A stretch of 62,792 nt of DNA, counting the filler, from Chiloscyllium plagiosum (taxonomy: Eukaryota): the NCBI RefSeq assembly GCF_004010195.1. It is 6 parts of one record of this genome, joined end to end, with 100 filler letters (N's around TTAATTAATTAA, not from the genome) between each part and the next. Parts side by side here need not be neighbours in the genome. Positions count along the whole stretch, not along the records: positions 26,494 to 42,504 come from NC_057713.1; positions 42,605 to 50,862 come from NC_057713.1; 4 more parts are not named here. One strand, given 5' to 3'. The translations under genes were made by a program, and so were the position numbers. Below, in pieces: positions 38,130 to 49,639 of the stretch (the stretch's first letter is position 1; every line of letters begins with the position of its first letter). The notes under the pieces are model-generated. The model was not told the origin of the DNA, ran no database searches, and saw only the letters and a list, made by a program, of their open reading frames with translations.

Positions 38130-39500
38130 CCCAAAATTGGAAATCCTAATCCATGTCTAACCAATTTGTCAAAGTTCTTTGAGGTAAGGGCAGCATTGTG
38201 GCTCAGTAGTTAGCACTGCTGCCTCACAGCTCCAGGGTCACAGGTTCGATTCCAGCCTCGGGCAACTGTCTGTGTGGAGTTTGCACATTCTCCCTGTGTC
38301 TGCATGAGTTTCCTCCGGATGGTCCGGTTTCCTCTCACAATCCAAAGATATGCAGGTCTGGTGAATTGGCCATACTAAATTGCCCATAGTGTTAGGTACA
38401 TTAGTTAGAGGCTACCCTTCGGAGGATCGGTGTGGACTGGTTGGGCCGAAGGGCCTGTTTCTACACTGTGGGGAATCTAATCTAATATAAGAAGCAGAGT
38501 TGATAAAGGAGGATAAGTAAGTGTAGTCTGTTTGGATTTCTAAAAAGCATTTGATAAGGTTCCATATAAAAGGTTATTGCAAGAGCTCATCGCATTATAT
38601 ATATTAGCACGGGCTGAGGATTGATTAACACACAAGACAGACAGTGGGGATTAATGGGCATTTTCAAGTTGGAAAGATGTAACCAGTGCAGTGCCACGAG
38701 AATCAGTACTAGGATTTTGATGCTTTACCACTATATGAATAACTTGCAAATGTGATGTAGCAGATTTGCTGATGATTCAGTATAGGTGGGGAGGGTATAT
38801 TGAGATGAGGATATAAGAAATCTGCAAAGAAATATAGGAAGGTTGAGGTGGTGGGCAAAAACTTGATAGATTGAGTTTAATGTAGTACAGTGTGAAGTCA
38901 TGCACTTTGACAGGAAGAATTAAATACAATTACTTAAATGGAGGAAACTCCAATAGTTCAGAACAGAGTGATCTGAAAGTTAGCATCCAGGTACAGCAAA
39001 TGATTGAAAGGCAAATGGAATTCTAGCCTTTATTGCTTCAGGATTTACAGTGTAAAATAGGGAAATATACAGGATGTTGGTGAGTCCACACCTGGAGTAC
39101 TGTGTATTGTTATGGTGCCCATGAATAAGTACTAGCATGGAGGCAATTCAAAAGAGATTCACTAGGGTTGATTCCTGGGATGGAGAGGTTGATTTATCAA
39201 AAAAAGCTAAACAGGATAGGTGTTTGTTCATCAGCATTTAGAAGAATGAAGAGTAGTCTTATCGAAACATACCTGAAAAGATGTTTCCACTAGTGGGGGG
39301 ACTCTTGAACTAGGGGACATAGTTACAGAAGAAAGTATCGCTCATTTAAAACAGGTGTGAAGAAATTTTGTCTCCCAGAGGTTAGTGAATGAATGCCTGG
39401 AATTCTCTACACCAGAGAGTTATTGAGGCTGGGTCACTGAAATTGTTTAAAAAGAGATAGGTAGATTATTGAAGTAAGGGGCGCTGAAGGCTTTAATGAA
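38130..39500 (+). mobile_element. Old CR1 RT/3' region with an inserted SINE
   Basis: KAFDKVP, VPRESVLG, FADD and HLEYCV motifs, degraded. Confidence 0.7.
38188..38485 (+). mobile_element. HE1/V-type SINE
   Basis: gggcagcattgtggctcagtag head, ggttcgattcc B box, V-domain, tail gggccgaagggcctgtttc and (atcta)n. Confidence 0.9.
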
Positions 39501-40009
39501 CTGGCATGGAAGAAGATTTGAGACTTGGGGCAGATCAGACTGGGGCAGACTGGACCCATCAATGATGAAACCTTGAGTAAAGCCACAGCCACTATGGCGA
39601 TGAAGAATGGCCACCCAGAGCCACAACGCTGCCACTGCCACCACCACAGCAAGCCCTCACAACCTCCTTCCTCCACCGTAGCCGAAGAAAAGAATAAAAG
39701 GTCAATTTTGATACAAAAGAGAAATTAAGAATTTAAGAAACTAAACAAAAAGCAAAGGAGAATGCAGCCAACCAGGGGAGTAGAAGTGTATGGGCACAGA
39801 GCCCGAAGATTTCCTAACCTGCCAGTGCCACCATCTTAAATTCTAAAAAAAGTTAGAAAGGGATGGGGGATCTCAGCAGGTCTGGCAGCATCTGTTAAGG
39901 GACAAGCAGCAATAATATTTTGAGTCCAGTGACCCTTCATCAGAATAGAGCTCACGATACCCATTGATTACAAGGATTCACTGAGCATGCATCTGAGGAA
40001 GGATGAAGC

Positions 40010-40565
40010 ATTTGTCATGTGAGGAGCAGCTGAGGACTCTGGGTCTGTACTCAATGTAGTGTAGAAGAATGAAGGTGATCTCATTGAAATTTATTGAATA
40101 CTCATTGAATACTGAGAGACATGGATAGAACAGATGTGAAGAAGATGTTTTCACTTGTAAAAGATACTAGGACCTGAGGGCACAACCTCAGAGTGAAGGG
40201 ACACTCATTTAGAACTGACATTAAGGAAGAGTTTCTTCAGTCAGATGTTGGAGAATCTGTGGAACTCATTACCATAGAATAGAATGTGGTAGACAACTGA
40301 AAGCTTAGGGTCTTATGAGCAGCTGCTCACAATGTGCTCTCCTGTACATGGGAGAAATGAAGCATAAATTGGGGGACTGCTTCACAGAACATTTCAGAAC
40401 GTTGTGGAGGCCACACTGTTGAGTGTATTTACGACAGAAATGGATAGGTTCTTGATTAGTAAGGCAATCAAGGATTATGAGGAAAAGGTAGTAGAATGGT
40501 GTATCGACCATGATCAAATTGCAAAACTGACCTGATTGGCCAACTGGCCTGCTCCTATACCTTAT
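40010..40565 (+). mobile_element. Old CR1 3' end
   Basis: GDLIE-like, GHNLRVKG and LWNSLP motifs. Confidence 0.65.
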
Positions 40566-41327
40566 AGAGTGGGAGTTTACCACAAGCCTTCTGAAAATCC
40601 AAATGCACTAATTCCACTAGTTTTCCATTATCTATGCTACCAGTAAGATCTTTAGAAAACTCTAACATGATATCCCTTTCATAAATTCATGTTGGCTCTG
40701 ATAACTGAAGTTCCTTGGTCATTCTGGGATATTTTCTATTTCTTCTTCTAGGAAGATAGGCTCAAAATAACTGTTCATTTTCTCTGCCATTTCCCTGTTG
40801 TCCACTATAAATTGTCCTGTTCTCGTCTGCAAATAGGCTTTGCAATGTATGTTTTCTTTCTTGCTTTCTCTGTCTTAAAAGATTAAATGAAATCAATCAT
40901 ACCTATATTTAAGCACCATGAAATTTAACAGATTGGTATCTGGCCTTTTCAGTTCTAAGAATTGCTTTTGTGCACATCTGAAGAGATTGAAGAAATACAC
41001 ATATAAGGGGCATGGAGCAAAAACAGAAATTGCTGGCAAAATTCAGCAGGTCTGACAGCATCTATGGACAGAAAGCAGAATTAACATTTCGAGTCTGGTG
41101 ACTCTTCAACTGAGAGTTTTGGCAGTGACCAATTGAGTTTCAGATCTCCAGCATGTGCAGTTCTTTGTTTTATTAAATGACATGGATATTCAGTTCAATC
41201 ACAAGGGAATACTTTAGTTTTAGCAACGGAGTGCCAGAGAAAGTACCTAGGCAAGATCCAAACCTTATAACAGAAGAAAGACTAGTAGAGAATAAAAAGG
41301 TAAAATGTTCAATGTTCTTGCTCACAG

Positions 41328-41552
41328 ATTTTTAAAGAGGTAGAAGAACAGGGGGATCTTTCTCTCACCGTATACGTCTCATACCTGGAAATCTACAACG
41401 AGACTCTGTTTGACCTACTGTCTAGCCTGCCTGATAGTTTGGAAACTGATGGACACATGGTGGTAGTGGAGGACAACTATGGCGTGCATGTCCGAGGGCT
41501 CTCAATTCACCAGGTCAGCACTGAAGAAGATGCTCTTAACTACCTGTTTGAG
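41328..41552 (+). CDS. KIF9: Kinesin family member 9, motor-domain exon
   Basis: ctcacag acceptor, gtaaga donor, 225 bp, phase 0/0. IFKEVEEQGDLSLTVYVSYLEIYNETLFDLLSSLP...VHVRGLSIHQVSTEEDALNYLFE contains the VSYLEIYNE..DLL kinesin motif. Confidence 0.95.
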
Positions 41553-42335
41553 GTAAGAACACTCAGGAGCATTGCAGAAATATGGATGCAGAATCAAGGA
41601 TTGGGTGAGAGCTAATGTTCCTTCTAATCTGCTTAACAAGCTGAAAGTTCCAGCCTGAGCAGAAGTCAATTCTATTGGTTACCACACATGCAGAGATGTG
41701 CGAGACTGTAAACTTTTCAATCACCTGTGCATTCCAAAAAAAAACAAAGCATTTGCTACATTACAGAAGAGTGGATCTGTTTTAAAATTATGCATTCTCT
41801 GCATGTAGCAAGGTCAACATTTACTGCCCATTTGATGGGGTTTCATGACAGTCAAACCTGAAATGTTAATTCTGTTTTTGTACAGAGATGCAATATTACT
41901 TGCTGAACATTTCCAAGATTTTCTATTCTTATTTCATATTTCTACTATCCTCAGTATTGTATTTTTTGTTTTGATAACAGTTCATCTGCATTTGGTGGCA
42001 TTATTTGGGCAATGACTAGGACACCAAGGATCAATAACACGGACTGAAATAGACAGACAAGATCTTGGTCTAAGACCTCGTCCAACGAACGTAACATTCC
42101 TTCATTGGCAGAAGAAAATGAGGCTTTGGAGAACTTTCTTTTGGGTTGGGTGTTAGATTTATTCATTTACAAGTGTAACTAATTGTTGTGAGACTACATA
42201 GCCCACATGTCATGTGTCAAGTACTGTACTAAACCATCTGTTGTATGAAGAGTAGCAAAACAAGCTCCACTGGATGAAGCTATGGCATTTTTCATTTAAC
42301 TTTGAATCTCTAACTGAAAAGAACTAGAAGGCATG

Positions 42336-42504
42336 ACATAGAGTCATAGAGATGTACAGCATGGAAACAGACCCTTCGGTCCAATCCGTCCATGCCGACC
42401 AGATATCCCAACCCAATCTAGTCCCACCTGCCAGCACCTGGTCCATATCCTTCCTATTCATATACCCATCCAAATGCCTCTTAAATGTTGCAATTGTACC
42501 AGCC
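42336..42504 (-). mobile_element. Young CR1 3' end truncated by a spacer
   Basis: catagagtcatagagatgtacagcatggaaacagaccc, same as the other young copies. Confidence 0.9.
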
Positions 42505-42604
42505 NNNNNNNNNNNNNNNNNNNNNNNNNNNNNNNNNNNNNNNNNNNNTTAATTAATTAANNNNNNNNNNNNNNNNNNNNNNNNNNNNNNNNNNNNNNNN
42601 NNNN
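42505..42604. other. Synthetic scaffold spacer
   Basis: 44 N + TTAATTAATTAA + 44 N. Confidence 0.97.
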
Positions 42605-42695
42605 ATTCCTGAAGAAGGGCTTATGCCCGAAACGTTGATTCTCCTGTTCCTTGGATGCTGCCTGACCTGCTGCGCTTTTCCAGCAACACATTTTT
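42605..42695 (+). mobile_element. PLE terminus with intact hammerhead core
   Basis: CTGAAGA-A-GGGC-TTAT-GCCC-GAAACGTT at 42609-42636. Confidence 0.8.
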
Positions 42696-43945
42696 AGTGC
42701 TAACCACTGAGCCAACATGCTGCCATCTCCACCATCTGATCCTACTTTGTTTCTTACTATTGATTTAATTATATTTCTTATTAATAAGGCAACCCCACCC
42801 ACTCTGCCTACCTGCCTATCTTTTCAATAGTATGTACATCCTTGAATATTCAGCAGCCAATCCTGATCCCCTTACAGCCATGCCTCAGTGATGTTCATTA
42901 TGTGATGTTCAATAAGCCTGCACGACAAGCTTATTTACCTTATTCCTTATACTGCGTGTATTCAGGTATAACACCTTCAGTCCTAAATTAACCATCCCTC
43001 TTCTCATTGTCATTCATTTGTCCAGTGTGCTTTAAGTTTGATTGCTAACCCTTTCCATACACTCTGTCCTATTTGTGTCTGTGCTGGAGATTTTAATAAT
43101 CTCTCCTGAGTTCTGCACTCTTTTCACCTCCTCTCAATTTGGGTTTTCTAATCCCCCCTATAACTGAAACCAGTTGTAAGTGAAGGATTAATTCTGTACT
43201 TTGTGGCTTTGATATTTTTATTGTCTGCCGGTCACAGCCACTGTGTTCTGTACCCAAGGCATTAAGGACCATTTGTTGCTCTCTCCCATTAGGTTGTTTA
43301 TGTTGCACACCTTGCTTAAGTAAATTAACATCTGAGTCAGAAAGAACCATCAGCATGATTCAACCAATAATTATTTAGATCAAGTATCAGAACTGGATTA
43401 TATTGTGCTTAATAATGCGATGAAGTTGAATAACTTGTTTATCAGAGCCACTAATGTCCCTCTGATTGAAATAGTTAAATGAGAAAATTATTTCCTCTAT
43501 ATTTCAAATTAGTCATTATCCTTTTGAATATCAACCATTGTATTTTGCTGTATCTTGTCCGGTCTGCAATGTAATTCCCCCCCCCCCGCCTTACTGGTTA
43601 CAATGGTTGGTGGTTACTTTGAATTTGCAATTTGTTTGGTGTAGACAATCTGATTTGAATATTGTAACTAATTTTTGATGGGTATCGCAACTAAGTCTGA
43701 TCCTGATCTCCTTTCTCTTTTGCCTCCACCCTACAATGCCAACCCAACAAATGCTCCCTAGCAGGGGAAGGAAGGTTATTTGAATGTCAGCAAAGACTTG
43801 AAACCAACTTTTATCTGACTAGATGAGATAAACAATTACTTAGTCAAATAGTAGACAGCTGCTAACAAAACTGTACTTCAATTAAGAGCCAGTGCTTTAA
43901 AATAGGATGGAAGAAACTGGAAGGGCGCTTGTGGTGCAGTACTAG

Positions 43946-44545
43946 TGAACCTGAAGATCTCAACCCCTAGGGACGGGTCTCTTGGTTCCACGATCGGTCA
44001 AAGAAACTACAGGGTTTCGGTCTGCTTCAGAAAGATTTCGCAATTTATTAAGACGCCGGGCACCGGTTTGTCCAACAACACCGAAATTAGAAACGTCTGG
44101 GTTCCTTGGAAAAACTGCACAATTTCACTTGTAACAAAGGCAATTTTTATGCTTTTTTTTAAACAAACAGTACAGCTTTAATTGCAGAGTAAATCCAAAA
44201 AAGTGTAATAAAGTGATATAATGGGCAGCAGGTTAACCCCATGATATTTCCTTGGAAACAAAATTGTTTAGCACACATTATCTCTTCCCACCTGCATTTC
44301 AAGGTTAGCTGGGATGGTTTGTAATGTCCTACCTAGATTTAGTTAATTCTATATTGTGAAGGGTCCATTGTTCTTCTTTATCTTTGATTCAGTTAGCTCA
44401 GCACAGCAGGAATGCAGCCTTTAGCAGGGTGAGAAGCCATTTTAAACAGTGTTAATTTGCACCTGAAGCCATTTTGTTATGTTACTTGCATTTAGAAGCC
44501 ATTTTGTAGTTAGTAAAAGCATGCATTAAATGGTTGCTCCTGACA
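43946..44545 (-). mobile_element. Putative solo LTR inserted into a tRNA-like SINE head
   Basis: TG...CA termini, 600 bp, minus-strand AATAAA near 44045, three gaagccatttt repeats. It separates the A-box-like tggtgcagt from the B-box-like ggttcaactcc. Confidence 0.5.
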
Positions 44546-44688
44546 ACAGCCTAAATCCAGATTAGATCCTCAAACCAGGAACCTGGGTTCAACTCCTATC
44601 TGCTGTAGAGGTATGTAATAACATTCCTGACAAGTCTATTCAAAAGTATAAGAAATTAGAGCACGATAAGGCAATACTGTCTTTTAAG

Positions 44689-44850
44689 AGGTAAAAACAA
44701 TGACTGCAGATGCTGGAAACCAGATTCTGGATTAGTGGTGCTGGAAGAGCACAGCAATTCAGGCAGCATCCGAGGACAGGCAAAATCGACGTTTTGCCTG
44801 TCCTCGGATGCTGCCTGAATTGCTGTGCTCTTCCAGCACCACTAATCCAG
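44689..44850 (-). mobile_element. PLE hairpin mini-insertion
   Basis: 16-bp TSD aatactgtcttttaag (44673-88 / 44851-66); perfect 62-bp inverted repeat. Confidence 0.9.
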
Positions 44851-47569
44851 AATACTGTCTTTTAAGCCTGTTCAGTCATTTAAAAAGGTTGATTGATCCT
44901 CCTCACTTCCACTTTCCTAGAAACTTTAGTTGTTTTCTCTTTGGCCATGTATTTGCTCATCTGTTGTAATATCTCCTATGTATTTTGTGGTTATAATGCC
45001 CCTGTGAAAGGATATTTCATTGTATTGAAGATGCTAAATAAACATAAATTGTTACATTGGCTTCCTTCTACTAGAATTTACGGACTTCTGCATTGTGGTC
45101 ATAAGATACCTGAGCAGGAATAAGCTATTTTGACCTTTTATCATGTTCCACAATTGATAAGATCACAACTGATCTGATTGTGACCTCAATTCCATTTTCT
45201 AACACTTAATTCCCTTGTTGATCAAAATCTGTCTAACTCTGCCTTAAGTATAGAATATCGCTGATGCATCTGCAACTGCTCCAACCACCTCATAAAACAT
45301 GTGAGGGATTTTTCAGCTTTTAGGCCCATTAATTTTCCAATATTTCCCTTCGACAATTTCAATAACTAAGATGCTTGTTCTTTACGACCCCTTGACTTCC
45401 TACAATTGCTGGGAACCTTTTGTGGCCTCTGTTGTGAAACCAAATGCAAAGTGTTTGGTTGTTGCCTTTGCATTATAATTTCTTCTATTGATGCTTCTGT
45501 GAGCTACATTTGTGTCTGCTTATCTTTTCCTTTTTATGTAACAGTAGAATCTCTTAACAAATTCTGATTTCATATTTTTGCTGGTTTACCCAAGAGAGGA
45601 GACAGGTAGACGTAAAGAAAAGCAGATTGCAGTTATTCTCTGTACTGAATGGCTAGATTTAGGTATTATTTTGATGTTTGAGCCGCAAGCTCAGTGAGAC
45701 GTCAAATCTCTTATTTTTCTCCGGAATGCAGGCTGCTCCAGTTGCTACTTATGGAGTTCCAGGGCAAATGAATGGGAATGTTGAAAAATGCTGTGCAATG
45801 GGAGACTATTAATAAACACTACCTGTGTCATCAGATACATTGTAACAGTATTTAAAATTCAATTTTGGAAAAATAGAATAAAATAGTGTCAAACAATTTG
45901 GAATCACCATCACAGAATTTAGAATCTCAAAAGAATGTTTTAATAGCCAGGCCTTATAATTGATTTTTTTTTCGAAAGACTTTTTATAGAAGATTCTGGA
46001 CTGGATTTTATTGTGCACTGGGCTGCTGTCTGAATACTTCAACAGTACTAACCCTGCATGCCTAAGGGTCAGTAGTAGATGGAATGGTAGCGGCTGGAAG
46101 TGCATGAAAGCCTGAGTTATTCATATTTGATTCAACACTGCAATATGATTGCAGTTTTGATTTTTTTCACCAAAATTGGTTCTCATTTATAAGGGGCTTC
46201 TAAATATCAGAAGTAGCAAGTAGACATTCAGTCCATATGTTTTTATTGCTTCGTGGGAATTGAATATGGTCTCTGGTAACTGACACATGCTGTCTATGGT
46301 TATTTGCTTTGGACCCTAGCAGTTTTAGTTGCTTTGAGAAGGTAAGGAATAGTCTCATGTGACAGGTTGGAGGGATCGTCTGTAGTTTTATAGATACCAG
46401 TTACACCAAGAGCTAGGCTTCAAAGTACATTTCTAAAGAATCATCACTGAAGGAGGTCACTCAAAATAAACATTTTATTTTCTTGTCCAGTAAGACTACT
46501 ATTGCGCTGTGCCGTATTTAGAAGTTTGTCGTGTACTGCCGTACTGTTAAGGGTTCAGGTGGAGAGGAATTTAAGTGTGTGTAATACAGTTTTCTGATTC
46601 AGTATGTGGATGTACCTACTAGAGAAGGTGCAAAACTTGACTTACTCTTGGTAAATAAGGCAGGGCAAGTGACTGAGGTGTCAGTGAGGGAGCACTTTGG
46701 GGCCAGCGACTGTAATTCTATTAGATTTAAAATAATAATGGAAAAGGACAAACCAGATCTAAAAGTTGAAGTTCTAAATTGGAGAAAGGCCAACCTTGAC
46801 GGTATTAGGCAAGATCTTTCGAAAGCTGATTGTGGGCGGATGTTCGCAGGTAAAAGGACGGTTGGAAAATGGAAAGCCTCAAAAATGAGGTAACCAGAAT
46901 CCAGAGAAAGTATATTCCTGTTAGGGTGAAGGGAAAGGCTGGTAGGTATAGGGAATGCTGGATGACTAAAGAAATTGAGGGTTTGGTTAAGAAAAAGAAG
47001 GAAGCATATGTCAGGTATAGACAGGATAGATTGAGTGAATCCTTAGAAGAGTATAAAGGCAGTAGGAGGATACTTAAGAGGGAAATCAGGAGGGCAAAAA
47101 TGGGACATGAGATAGCTTTGGCAAAAAGAATCCTAAAGGTTTTTACAAATACATTAAGGACAAAAGGGTAACTAGGAAGAGGATACAACCCCTCAAAGAT
47201 CAGCAATGCGGCCTTTGTGTGGAGCTGCAGAAAATGGGGGAGATACTAGATGAGTATTTTGCATCAGTATTTACTGTGGAAAAGGATATGGAAGATATAG
47301 ACTGTAGCGAAATAGATGGTGACATCATGCAAAATGTCCAGATTACAGAGGAGAAAGTGTTGGGTGTCTTGAAACGGGTAAAGGTGGATAAATCCCCAGG
47401 ACCTGATCAGGTGTACCCTAGAACTCTGTGGGAAGCTAGAGAAGTGATTGCTGAGATATTTGTATCATCGATAGTCACAGGTGAGGTGCCGGAAGACTGG
47501 AGATTGGCTAATGTGATGCCACTGTTTAAGAAGGGTGGTAAGGACAAGCCAGGGAACTATAGACCAGGG

Positions 47570-47774
47570 TGGAGAAAGTGAGGACTGCAGATGCTGGAGA
47601 CCAGAGTTGAAAAATGTGGTGCTGGAAAAACACAGCATGCCAAGCAGCATCCGAGGAGCAGGCGAATCGAAGTTTCGGGCATAAGCCTGAAGAAGGGCTT
47701 ATGCCCGAAACATCGATTCTCGTGCTCCTCGGATGCTGCCTGGCCTGCTGTGTTTCTCCAGCACCACATTTTTC
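47570..47774 (-). mobile_element. PLE hairpin mini-insertion in CR1
   Basis: 15-bp TSD aactatagaccaggg (47555-69 / 47775-89); inverted arms; core CTGAAGA..GAAACATC at 47687-47714. Confidence 0.9.
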
Positions 47775-48083
47775 AACTATAGACCAGGGAGCCTGACATC
47801 GGTGGTGGGCAAGTTGTTGGAGGGAATCCTGAGGGACAAGATGTACATGTATTTGGAAAGGCAAGGACTGATAGGGATAGTCAGCATGGTTTTGTGCGTG
47901 GAAAATCATGTCTGACAAACTTGATTGAGTTTTTTGAAGAAGTAACAAAGAGGATTGATGAGGGCAGAGCGGGAGATGTGATCTATATGGACTTCAGTAA
48001 GGGGTTTGACAAGGTTCCCCTTGGGAGACTGGTTAGCAAGGTTAGATCTACAGGGAGAACTAGCCATTTAGATACAGAACTGG

Positions 48084-48400
48084 GAGAAAGTGAGGTCTGC
48101 AGATGCTGGAGATCAAAGTTGAAACTTTATTGCTGGAATAGCACAGCAGGTCAGGCAGCATCCAGGGAACAGGAGATTCGACGTTTCGGGCAACAGGCCC
48201 TTCTTCAGGAATCAAAGTTGAAACTTTATTGCTGGAATAGCACAGCAGGTCAGGCAGCATCCAGGGAACAGGAGATTCGACGTTTCGGGCAACAGGCCCT
48301 TCTTCAGGAACCATTCCTGAAGAAGGGCCTGTTGCCCGAAACGTCGAATCTCCTGTTCCCTGGATGCTGCCTGACCTGCTGTGCTATTCCAGCAATAAAG
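48084..48400 (-). mobile_element. PLE insertion: 2 x 99-bp tandem terminus plus an 87-bp inverted copy, three hammerhead cores
   Basis: TSD atacagaactgg (48072-83 / 48401-12); units 48112-48210 and 48211-48309; inverted arm 48314-48400. Confidence 0.9.
48313..48349 (+). ncRNA. Minimal type I hammerhead ribozyme motif
   Basis: AUUC-CUGAAGA-A-GGGC(CUGUU)GCCC-GAAAC-GUC-GAAU; 4-bp stem I AUUC:GAAU; predicted cleavage after 48345. Confidence 0.75.
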
Positions 48401-48759
48401 ATACAGAACTGGCTCAAAGATAGAAGATCAAGGGTGGTAGTGGAGGGTTGTTTTTCAGACTGGAGGCCTGTGACCACTGGAGTGCCACAAGGATCGGTGC
48501 TGGGTCCTCTACTTTTTGTCATTTGCTTAAATGATTTTGATGCGAGCATAAGAGGTACAGTTAGTAAGTTTGCAGATGACACCAAAATTGGAGGTGTAGT
48601 GGACAGCGAAGAGGGTTATCTCAGATTTCAACAGGATCTGGACCAGATGGGCCAATGGGCTGAGAAGTGGCAGATGGAGTTAATTTCAGATAAATGCGAG
48701 GTGCTGCATTTTGGGAAAGCACATCTTAGTAGGACTTATAAGGTAATGTCCTAAGGAGT

Positions 48760-48844
48760 GTTGAAAATGTGTTGCTGGAAAAGTGCAGAAGGTCAGGCAG
48801 CATCCAGGGAACAGGAGAATCGACGTTTCGGGCATAAGCCCTTC
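48760..48844 (-). mobile_element. PLE terminus fragment replacing part of the CR1
   Basis: aaaatgtgttgctggaaaag...gacgtttcgggcataagcccttc; the CR1 resumes much further downstream and no TSD is visible. Confidence 0.75.
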
Positions 48845-49639
48845 GAGTTATAGGGAGAGGCTGAACAAGCTGGGGCTGGTGCTGAACAGGTTGGAATATC
48901 TGGTCGGCATGGACGGGTTGGACCGAAGGGTCTGTTTCCATGCTGTACATCTCTATGACTCTATGACCTACCCAAGCACTGTTAGGCCAGAACTGTCCTG
49001 TATTGTTCCTAATACTTCCTCTGAAAGTGGCAGATGGTAAGTTACTGGAGGTGAAGGAACTGGAATTCTGTACAGCATGCAGCAAATGCAGGACATCTTG
49101 CTGCCCCAGGACCCCAGCAATGGAGGCCATAACTCCAATCTGTGCTAGCCTGGTCAGGGGTTGCCATCTAGGTCAATGCAGTCTCCGTTATCTGGGTAAG
49201 TGCATGATAGTCTAGGGAAAAGGCCAATAACCACCTCTCTACCGGCGTAAGTTCCCCACCATTTCTGTCTGATACTTTGCACTCTCTCAGCTATTGTACC
49301 CACTTTCCACCAAGGCTTATGCTCTATGATGCGCACTACTGACTGTAGCATCTTCCCTAACTTGCCAAATTTTTCTTATGCTCCTTTGACCAGAGGTATT
49401 GTTTAACCTTGTGTTTTTATGATTTGGAACTTAAATGTAAGATTCTTGAGATGGCACCCAAGAAACTTGGCTTACAAGAAGTTTAAATTGATCAGATTTA
49501 TTTCTGCAAGAAAGATGTAATCTCAGGAAAACAAAAAGAGTTACACTTGTAGGACTCAGTTAAAGATAGTTTCTTGTAAGAAAAATAGGAACTTTCCAAC
49601 AGGTGTTAAACAGTAACATGCTTAATTTCCCCCTTGTGA

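Larger units (their letters stand above)
46555..48966 (+). mobile_element. Young CR1 LINE (endonuclease end, RT, 3' tail) interrupted by three PLE insertions
   Basis: [65 protein letters not shown]; ctctatgactctatga tail. Confidence 0.92.

Noticed and set aside
38188..38262. tRNA genes at the SINE heads (also 18340, 32500, 60160)
   Set aside because: A/B boxes continue into the V-domain and LINE tail, so these are SINEs.
41951..42166. 71-aa minus-strand ORF in non-repeat DNA
   Set aside because: No recognisable homology or splice support.
48112..48400. CRISPR-like array
   Set aside because: Identical units without spacers, no cas genes, eukaryotic context.
47894..48754. Longest ORF (286 aa) with a 33-aa tandem repeat
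   Set aside because: Chance read-through of CR1 RT, the PLE insertion and CR1 RT again; the repeat is the 99-bp unit, not a gene.
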